Translations under genes and position numbers: made by a program
Notes under the pieces: generated by a model
The model's input: only the letters and a program-made list of their open reading frames with translations
The model's database searches: none
Told to the model about the DNA's origin: nothing
Shown here: piece by piece, positions 53,942 to 64,000 of the stretch
Layout: each line of letters begins with the position of its first letter
Position numbering within the stretch: position 1 is the stretch's first letter
DNA from: Octopus sinensis
Taxonomy: Eukaryota
Reading direction: 5' to 3'
Length of the DNA stretch: 64,000 nt
NCBI RefSeq assembly: GCF_006345805.1
Contig: NC_043000.1
Coordinates: 88,784,001 to 88,848,000 of the forward strand

Positions 53942-54131
53942 TAGATATAGATCTTCAGGTTTTTCTATATGCTAGACCACTAGTTTTAAATTGATATTAA
54001 TCAAATTAATATTTTCTTTTTCACCTTTATTATTTTAAATATATATATATGAAGTATAAGGAAAGGAAAATGTGTAAGTGTAGACGAACTTTAATTTACT
54101 TCAAATCCAAGTTGGTACAGAACCTACATAC

Positions 54132-54222
54132 ATTTTACAAATTGTTTCGGAGTTTAATTAATTCCAAAGACAAAAGCGAAAAACTCTTCATGAAATAAAA
54201 CTTAGATTCCTCGTCAGGAATT
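54132..54222 (-). ncRNA. Near-intact type I hammerhead ribozyme
   Basis: The minus strand reads AATTC-CTGACGA (54217-54211)-GGAAT...ACTCC-GAAAC-AATTT-GTA^-AAAT. Core nucleotides are intact, with one mismatch in stem I and one in stem II. Confidence 0.65.
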
Positions 54223-54361
54223 ACATACTGGTATGAATAATTACGACCAACAAAAATATACAAAGATCTTTCGTAGCCCGGACATGAACGAACAAATAAA
54301 AGAAAGATAACAAGAACGCCAGATATTCAAAACTAGAAAATATATATAAATATGTATATAA

Positions 54362-54553
54362 CTTTATTGCCCACAGGGGCTAAACATAGAGAAGACAAAC
54401 AAGGACAAATGGATTAAGTCGATTGCATCGACTCCAGTGCGTAACTGGTACTCATTTAATCGACCCCGAAAGGATGAAAGGTAAAGTCGACCTCGGCGGA
54501 ATTTGAACTCAGAATGTAAGCATTTCGCCCGGCGTGCTAACGATTCTGCCAGC
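54362..54553 (-). mobile_element. SINE family A with a 21-bp internal deletion
   Basis: Matches 20726-20955, except that the segment between two TAA triplets (about CGGCAGACGAAGTACCGCTAA) is missing. Confidence 0.9.
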
Positions 54554-56956
54554 GTTTTATTAACATTACTATTCCCGATATGTAAATATCTACAAAAGAC
54601 AGGTACATTTAATGAAACAGATATTAACTACAAAAATAATAGGGTTATTTAATGAAAAATTTAAAAATTAATAACTACAAACCGATATATTATCCACTAA
54701 AAAGTAATAAATGTGTTTATTTAAACTTAATAATATGGTAATATCAAACGAAAATAAAAATAAAAAGCAAATCTTTTGTTTACAAAATAACCTTCTACAA
54801 GTAAAATAGTAGAATGGCTAAAGATAAAGAGTAGTATCTGTGATGGGAGAGGAGAGAAAATAGTAATACAGTGAAGATTCATAGCCTGAGTATGAAAGAG
54901 TGATGCTAGAGCTGTGAATCTTTGAGTTCACCCTCGTGTATATATATATATATACGTGTGTGTGGGTGGGTAGGTGGGTGCATTATGTATCTGTGTATGT
55001 ATGCGTATATGTATCCATGTTTTTATATGTGTACCTATCTATCTTGGTATATCTCCATGGTAGCTAGATGGAAATTACCCGTAAATTCCCTTCTAACCAC
55101 ATCCTACTGTCATGTGTATGAATACATATATCTATACATCTACGAGACTGTCCTCCACGTGATAGCATACCATACTAGAAATCGCAACTAAATCATTCTC
55201 ATAACAAACTTGAATGTTTTATGTCAGTTTGATGTAATACACCAACATTGCTGGGACAGTCTGCTAGCTTTCAAGTATTTGGCTATTTTTCAGCTGCATT
55301 TCATATCCATTTTCATATGAATGATTCTATGCAAATATATATAATAAAAACGACTACGACAACGATGGTGATGATTTCTCATAAAAATGAAAACAAATAT
55401 TGATTTCTCACAAAAAAAAGTTGAGAACTACAAGAAAAAGAATAAAAAAATAGAAACACGCTTTATTGATCCAAAAACTGTCCAAAAGCAACGATTAAAA
55501 AAAGGACAATAAAATCAAACACCCAAGACTACGAAGATGTTTAAAGATAACTGTGTATGTAATAGTTGTAATAAAATTTATCGATCTTTCCCTCGTATAA
55601 TTGATATATCACAAATGTCCATAGTATTCGGCAATCTTATATCACATGTAAACAAAATATCGGAACACGATTCATATCAGTAATAGAACGATGCCGCCCC
55701 CTATACACATATAAATAATAGAAATATAAAAAAAATATGAACTGAATCATTCAGCATAAACTTAATAAAACATGAATTCGTCCTTTAATTCTGGTGTATG
55801 CGAAGTATGAAAAATTCCGCGTGAAAAACTCGTCCGTATTTGAAAGAAATAAACCAATACTGGAGGAAAATAATATTTTAAATAAAGGGAAGGTATTTCA
55901 CACCTCACATCTCCGCAAATAAAACAGAAAAAGGTAAATGGAAATGAGTGGAATATACTTCTGGTCTACATGCATATTTCCCAGCCACACGCAACACAAC
56001 ACGTAACTACTTCAATATTCTCATATACAATTTGGAAGTAAATGAGCGCAGAACTAAAAAGGGTTGTGAACTATGAGAAATTGGCTAACTTAAAAAGTTA
56101 ATACTTTCCCAATACGGAAAAATATCAGAAACTGAAATAGTATTTAAAAGAAAGAAAACATAACGAAATTATAAGTAACGAAACAAAAAGCGAGCAACAA
56201 AAATCAATGTAGACAACAAGTCGAAAAAAATATTGACGTAAAACAGCTATAGAATGCGGACCAACAAAGTCCGAGCCTGAACAAAACAGTCAAATTTAAG
56301 AATGAAAGAGTAAGAACACAAAGAAGATTTAAGAACATGATATAAAAGAAAATATTATTACTATGACTTTCTTAAGAATTATTAACAGTAGATCTTTCTA
56401 CCGACTACAGACGTATTCTACCCCGTGGCCTGATGACAGATCTGAAGCAAAATGGATGAGACCAAGCTGCTTATTGAAAAGACGGTATCAATGCGAAAAG
56501 TATTCGAGAGACATTCGAAAGAAGAAATACTGAGAAGGACCAGAGCACTTAGATATAATGACATCCCAGAGGTCATTAAATATCTCATGCTACGTTCAAC
56601 CTAAACTAATACTCTCGAACACATCTGTGTACATTAAGCTTCAATCTAATTAGTGACAGTTGAGCAACAACAATGCAAATGTAAACTGGGAAAGGGAAGG
56701 GGAGCACATCTCTTTTCAAGCAGATCTGGATTTCAGATAAACGAGCCTAAAAGCCCTGCTATTCCACAAATCCGCTTCACCCTTTTTCACCTTACTTTCC
56801 TCTACACTCTTAGCATAAATCTAGCTCTCAACAAGGCCTCTACACACAACCTCTATCTTTAGTCTCCGAACATTTCTTCGCTTGTCATTCTCTCTCTCTC
56901 CATCTTTCTCTCTCTCTCTCACTCATACACACACATACATATGTACTCACTATTCG

Positions 56957-57179
<223 letters not shown>

Positions 57180-57812
57180 ATATATATTCATATATACATA
57201 CATATATATACCTACATATATATGTATATACACATGCATATATGGGTATAGGACGTCAAAAGACGTGAACATGACAAACAAAAACATGGAAACAAACCTT
57301 TTGTCCAACAACGAAAGAACCAAATTGAGAAACGAGACAGGCAACATAAAGAACAATCCTTTCATCAGTTTTCCCTTGTTTTATCTACTCCGCATTTCGG
57401 ACGTTAGGACAAGATGCGTCTTCGTCAAAACATTCACATCCGCAAAGCAAATTTTAAAAAATTTGGATTCGCGGAGAATTAAAGTGGTAACAAAAACAAG
57501 AAAGTAAAAACAAACGTTAAGGACTGTTAAGCCTTAACGAGGTGAAGTGGTGACCGCTGGAGAAATAAGCTTTGACAAGAGACAGGCACATATGCGTCTT
57601 GTCTCTTGTAGCGTAAGGAGGAGAAAAGAAAGATAGCCGGACGTAACGTGTGACCAACAAGAGCGTCAAGGAGGAAGAGTGAATTATAGTGCCACTTTTG
57701 ATAAAAAAAAATTTTCTGAAGAAAATTTTATCCTATATTAGTAGTATCTATCTGTCTGTCTATCTGTCTATCTATCTATCTATCTATCTATCTATATCTA
57801 TCTATCTATCTA

Positions 57813-57861
<49 letters not shown>

Positions 57862-57948
57862 TATATATTATATATACATACACATACATACATACATACA
57901 TACATACATACATACATACATACATACATACATAAATACATACATACA

Positions 57949-57980
<32 letters not shown>

Positions 57981-60900
57981 CAGGCGGTGAGTTCTTATCT
58001 TTTCTTTTCTCTTTCTTCTTCTTTTTTCAATTTCCCCAGCTTGGAATTGACTTTTGTTTCAAGCGCATAATAGAATAGAGTTATTTGAAGATAACGATTA
58101 AAAGGAAGACAAAAAGGAACACAATCTATAAAATATGCAAAAAGAGGATTTCAGTAATGTGTTGAAAGTTATTATACCTAAATCATTATTAAAACTAACA
58201 ACCTTGTCACAGAAAAACGTGAAATATTTTTATGGAATGTATATTAAAATTGGAAATTTTAAGGTTTTATTATTCAGTAAAAGCTAAACAAAAACAATTG
58301 CACAGTTGTATTACTGAAAAAAGATTGCTCGTAAATATTACAAGATGATTTATCTATTATACACCTTGTCATGTCCTGTGCCACAGGGAAATGAGAACTG
58401 ACTTTACATGCGGTCTCGGTAATAAGGGAAAAAATTAACAAATTCAAAGACGTGACAGAACATAAGCATCAAAGTGAATTTGATTTTATTTTGTGATTTG
58501 GCTTTGCTGTGCAGAAACACATTGAAAGGGATCGTAAAAGATTGCAATTTTGAAGAATTTTCTTATTATGTAGACTTTAATTCTTTGTTACGTTAAACGT
58601 TTGATAGAAATATAAATCTCTGCATTGTCTTAATCCATTATTACAAGCTTGTGGGTTGCTTTATCTTTAAAATATTCATGTTCCATTAGATGTATCCGAC
58701 GCCATTAAGGTATCTTAGTTGTAAATGTCCAGCAGATACAGGGTGCAGTAGAAATTTCCATATCTTATACACCCATTGGTATGGTTGTAGTGGAGTTGGG
58801 CAGATAGTAACTGTCTTCATGTTTCATGTTTCTGGTTTGTCATTACAGTTAAGACCGGTGCAGTCTGTGCGCTTGCTGTTGAAATGTTTTTCAATTGATA
58901 ACGCAGTTCTTTTTCTTTTGTTTTTTGGGCAGCACCATTTTGTTTTTGTTTATATATAAAATGTTCTTAAGAACTTTGGACTATTGAGAGTTATAATCCT
59001 CAAATTTGAGAAACAAACACTTTGTTTCTTTTAAAACTTCTTTCTCGTTTCAAATATTACGGGACTGTGTATACATTATATAATTGCATTAATTGATACA
59101 GATGACATAATTAAACTAATTGCAAATTAGCAGTGTTGTTGATAAAATTTCTCCTAAGCTCAATGATACCGGTGACATATATAAAAAATCTCCTTATAGA
59201 ACTGTATTCATAAAAAATATATAACTATATTATCACGCTCAAATTAATCTTAATTAAAATATAGTTTGTTTTTAAAATAAAAAAGATAATTATACTTAAA
59301 TCCAATTTTTTGCCTTATCTTTGTTTCATGATATTTTACCACCCAACTTTTTATACAAATTTTTGTTGCATGGAAGTAAAGCTATGAAATTCCTTATGCC
59401 TTCTTCTATCATGGAAGCTAAGATTAATATATTTTGCTTTTAAAATAAAACCGTTATTTAGATCTAAACTTGATTGGAAGCATTACTTACTCTCCTATAA
59501 CGTTGTTACAAATTTCGATGTAAACTTTTTTTTCTACTAGACCAAATCTCAATTCTTTAATGCCAAAGGGTAGCTAAGGACCAGACCTCTTCAAAAATAT
59601 CAACAGTTTTTAATTTCGTTAAGAACTGAATTAGCAACAAAATTCTGAAGATGCTGCGTGTGAGCAAATTGCGGCCTTAAGAATATGATTCAACTACTAC
59701 CGTAGTTGAATGGTACATACGTATATAAATGTAAAACCTTGTTATGTATCTATTTATTGTTGTAATCCATTATCATAAATTTTCTTTTATCGATCGATTG
59801 AATAGCTGATATATTCCCAACTCCCTAATGAACAGGGATGTATACAGCGACAGGCATTTGGAGATATTTTTAATTTTCTAAGTACTGATCCCTATCTCGA
59901 TGTTTTTATTGATATCGAGTTCATCTTCGATAAATATGAGTGCACACATTAGCAAGCACTATTCAGTTGAAGGTAATTTTAATTTCCTAAATAACCATGC
60001 ATGTCTTGGCGGTTTTATGGATATTGGGTTCATTTTCCATAAAGAGGGACGTGCACATTATTAAGCATTATCAAGCATTATTCAAGTTCCAAGCCAAACA
60101 TGTGTATCGACATGGTTCGGTGGATACAACAAAAAGACTAATTTCTGCTGTGCTTTTAAGCCTCTCTACATTGTCAATAACAAGTTATGCTACCATAGAA
60201 AGAGGATAGTTGTTCCTTAAAAAGTTCTACACTGTGGAATGAAAAAGAATTGTAATGCGTATCCGCAGAAGTCTTTGAAGAATCTAGCGATAGCATAGAG
60301 TCGAAAATATTCGTGAACATCATGAAATTGCTGTAGCAATCACATTAATCAGTAAGTTTTTTTTCTTGGGTACCTTCGGAAAGTGATATCTCTGCTTACA
60401 TTATATTTTGTGCTTGCTGACTAAAAGTAAAACCCCGAAACATTGACTAAGGCACCATACCTCAAATTTGAATCCGTTTCAGTTAGTGCAATGAAATAAA
60501 TTGGTATAGATAAATTCAGATTTCCAGACAATATTGGCTGCATAGTTCAACTATTTACTATTTTTCAAGATAGTCAAAGCCAGCAAGCGATTATCTGTAC
60601 TGGCTCAGAGAGATATGGGTAAAGTTAATCTATCGATTTATTAGCCAAACCAAAGATATTTCAATAAAATTACATATAATTTATATCAAACCTATAAGAA
60701 AAGACTGACTCTCTTATGCTGGAAACTACCAAACTGAACAATAACCCTTAAAAATAACCCTCATAAACGATGTGTCACAAATATACAACCTCGATAACGG
60801 TGAAAGCACATTCATTACTTTATCTTGTTGATGTACATATCTGGTTACACGCAAAATGATTGGCTCAGAGTGCATAAACTAACCAAGATTAGGTTTTAAT

Positions 60901-61338
60901 AAAAACTGTGCAGACTGACTATTCCTTCAAAACCATAAGAACTTTTGGAATGAAATAGTGATAATGATAAAATAATTAAAATTATTAAGGTATAACGATA
61001 ATTTTGAAACTATATTATTTGCAGAGTTCACAAATACCGATATCATTTTACTTGCTATGTCTGGGAGATCGATCAATGCCCATAACATTTGCAGAGCCCC
61101 TGAGAGAGGTGGGTTTGATGTTTTTGATGTCATTTATTTTCATTAATTTTCCATGATGTTGCTGTTTTAGTTTCAACACACAAAAGCAAATCGAATCATT
61201 TGACAAACGATTAGAACTCTTAAATAAGACAAATCGTTGAAGCTGAGTTTTCAGTCTTTGAATCTTTGGGTTTCTTATTTTCTTTTTAATTCATAACAAT
61301 ATTTTTATTTTTATTTGTAATATGGATAAGTAATCTAC

Positions 61339-61473
61339 ATTCAACTTCCTTCGAGGTTGATTCTACTTTTCATCCTTTCGGGATCGATAAAATAAGTACT
61401 AGTTGATCATTGTGATCAATGTAAAAGACTTATTCCGTCCCCTGAACTTATTAGTCTGGAGTCAACATTTGAA
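61339..61473 (+). mobile_element. Diverged SINE family A fragment
   Basis: CGAGGTTGATTCTACTTTTCATCCTTTCGGGATCGATAAAATAAGTACTAG. Confidence 0.75.
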
Positions 61474-62896
61474 ATCAATGCAAATACATAATCATTGTTA
61501 GGAGTTTTTTAACCGAGTGATCGAATCTTTGCATGGATTACAACCGCGGAAGCGGACAATGAAAAGGACCATTTATGAAAAATACATAAAGAATATAACA
61601 ACTGGGTTTCTTAATGTATTAACATTTGATAACAGGACCGGAGTTTATAGATCTGTTGATCTATTTCGGTCTATATCTATCCCTATGAATCTGTCTCTTC
61701 CTCCCTCTCCTTCTCTTTCTCTTCACTTTCTATCTCTCTCTTTCCTTCCATTCTTTGTTCTCTGTAACCATGAACCAAGTCTCCTTGAGGATGACTAATA
61801 TGCAACATAGAAGGAATCAGACATATGCATGTTTGATGAAGATTATTATATTGAAATTCGCTCAAACCGTGCAAGATATTCGCAAGAACTTCAAAATAAA
61901 AGAGAGTGAAAATATTTAGAAATCACAAGCTTAAGCAATAACATAAATTACAAGAGACAGAAATAATATTTACAAGTCTGAAGACTTCATTCTCTTTAAA
62001 ACATCTTAAATTTGTTGGCAAGCACTCTGATATGCAACTATTTCTACGGAGAAGTCCCTTACCTTGAAAGATTGTTAACAATACTTGTGTACTTTCATCA
62101 TAGCGTGTGGATCTCAAAAATTAACAAAATCTGTTCATTTTTTTATCGTTCTACCTTGTTGCGAGAAATAAGAATTAACTTGAAAATGTTGATGACCAAC
62201 CAGATGCAATACATACAATACTAGAGAAAGATAAAGACATCTGTTAAGAAAGATAAGGCATCTAAAAGATATGAATACCTTCTATTAGATTCACTGAAGT
62301 TAACAGAAGCTTACTTATAAATAATACCAGGTTGAATATTAGAACTTTTGTTGTTCCACGGGCTTTCCGCCAAGGCAGTGCCCTGAGTACGGATTGGGGA
62401 TGATAGTGGCACAGAGGCCAAGTGTATGTGTGTGTGATTAAGCTAGTTACGTCACTGTTGTTGAAAATCAGATTCACTATTCCGGCTCATCAAAGTTCAA
62501 AATGAGGATAGATGTAAAATGTATGGTACGAAAGTAATTGACTGGATTGGAAATATGTAATTTTAAACTTGTATTGCATTACAAACGAATGATTACCAAG
62601 ATGTTTATCTAGTTTTACTACTTGTAACCAGTTAGAAATAGTTATGGTCTCTATGCAATTATAAATGTCAAAAGGTTTCTTGCAAAATTGTGTGCCTTCT
62701 TTCTCCTTGTACATTATTATTAACTTCAGATACCGTAGAAAGAGATGTAGGTACAGAATGAACTGTTTATCCTCGCCACATCAAGAAGTTTTGCTTATAT
62801 TGTCCCCTCTGTTTAATCAGTTCACTTTTCATTATCTCCCACAAAAAATTCTTTTATTCTAGGAGTCATCACCTTCATTACTACTATTATTATATA

Positions 62897-63072
62897 CGGT
62901 GAGAGAAGCGGCAAGCACGTCACACAAAATACTTAGCGCCACTTCGTCCGTCTTTATGTTCCGAGTTAGAATTCTACCTAAGTCCTCAGTGCCTTTCATC
63001 CCATTCGAGGTAGATAAAATAAGCACTGGCTAAGCACTGGGTTCCATTCAATCGACTATGCCTCTCCACAAA
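62897..63072 (+). mobile_element. Diverged SINE family A
   Basis: ACTTAGCGCCACTTCGTCCGTC...GAGTTAGAATTC...GCCTTTCATCCCATTCGAGGTAGATAAAATAAGCACTG. Confidence 0.7.
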
Positions 63073-64000
63073 GCGATGAGAACGAATATAAATAAAATTG
63101 GCTCAGTATGAAGACGAAAGACTGTTTTAAAATCTCACAGAGTGGTTTAAAATCGTGAATTTAGAATTGCATCTGGTTGATCACGAACATTTTCAAGTTT
63201 AATTTTATCTCTCACAACAGATAACTTCAGATACAAAGCTCAAAAATGAACAGATTTCATTTATTTTTGATCCACATGTTATGTGGAAAATACACGAGTA
63301 TTATTATCTTTCAGGGTAAGAGGCCTCCCCTAAAACATTGTTGCGTATCGCGCATTATGTCAGTAAGTTTCAGATGTTTCAAAGAAAGCAAAACACCCAG
63401 ATTGTAAATATGAATTCTGTCTCTTCCAAATTACGTCATTGTTTAGGGAGTGGCTTCTAAGTATTTTCACTAGTTTTTAATTTGGAGTTCTTAATAATAT
63501 CTGGCATGCTTCCTAAATTGCTAAAATGCACTCGAGAAAACAATCCTAGATGAAAGCAATTAATAATTATTATATAATAACAATAACAATTATTACATTT
63601 TATGGCTGAACAAAATTTGTATTATTATAAACTGAATATGTTTAGCTTATGTATAAGATTAAATATTTTTATCAACAAAATTGCTACATAGAACGAAACT
63701 TCAGTCAGAATAAAGGTAATACTTGCAGAAACATTTGCAACAATAATTATGATAAAAGCTATATTTCAAGTACACTTACCGTATAAAGCAACTTGAAGAA
63801 TACAATCGAAGCAAGAGGATCGGATCAAACTATATTTAACATCAACTAGGGGGATGCAAATTATATGTATAATAACAAGTTTGGTTGGAATATTACATAT
63901 CAAGTACTATATCCACAATACCTCTCTTCTCCTGCAGAAAAGCCAGAAGAATTTTCCAATAGATCTTGAGCTGAAAGATTTCTGCAATAGAGAAACCAAA

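Noticed and set aside
56425-56460. CTGATGA box (likewise at 43203 and 31679-31685 minus)
   Set aside because: No matching GAAA, helix III and stem I geometry. Expected by chance.
57240-57660. Possible Penelope terminus with TTGACGA and CTGATGA on the minus strand
   Set aside because: I could not build consistent stems I and III.

Overview
AT-rich, microsatellite-dense eukaryotic non-coding DNA. The SINE families and repeat landscape point to a cephalopod, probably Octopus (inference from pattern recognition). I found no host protein-coding gene, tRNA, rRNA or CRISPR array that I can support; the window is a transposable-element mosaic. It holds a young 5'-truncated RTE LINE (15027-17070), a CR1-type LINE (43666-45215, minus), a frameshifted Helitron PIF1-type helicase (32240-33679) and two Penelope-like GIY-YIG fragments (47142-47600 and 49855-50426, both minus). 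It also holds three copies of one mariner family, a fossil hAT transposase, four MITE-like elements, about 20 tRNA-derived SINE copies (three with clear target-site duplications) and a 418-bp triplication. The most interesting signal is a dispersed set of type I hammerhead-ribozyme motifs with palindromic helix III, the Penelope-type dimerising form. Three look intact (34586-34686 +, 35400-35452 -, 45830-45961 +), one is near-intact (54132-54222 -) and several are decayed. Two sit inside fold-back inverted repeats in which only one arm keeps an intact catalytic core. All alignments and folds were done by eye; TE boundaries without a TSD or TIR are approximate.
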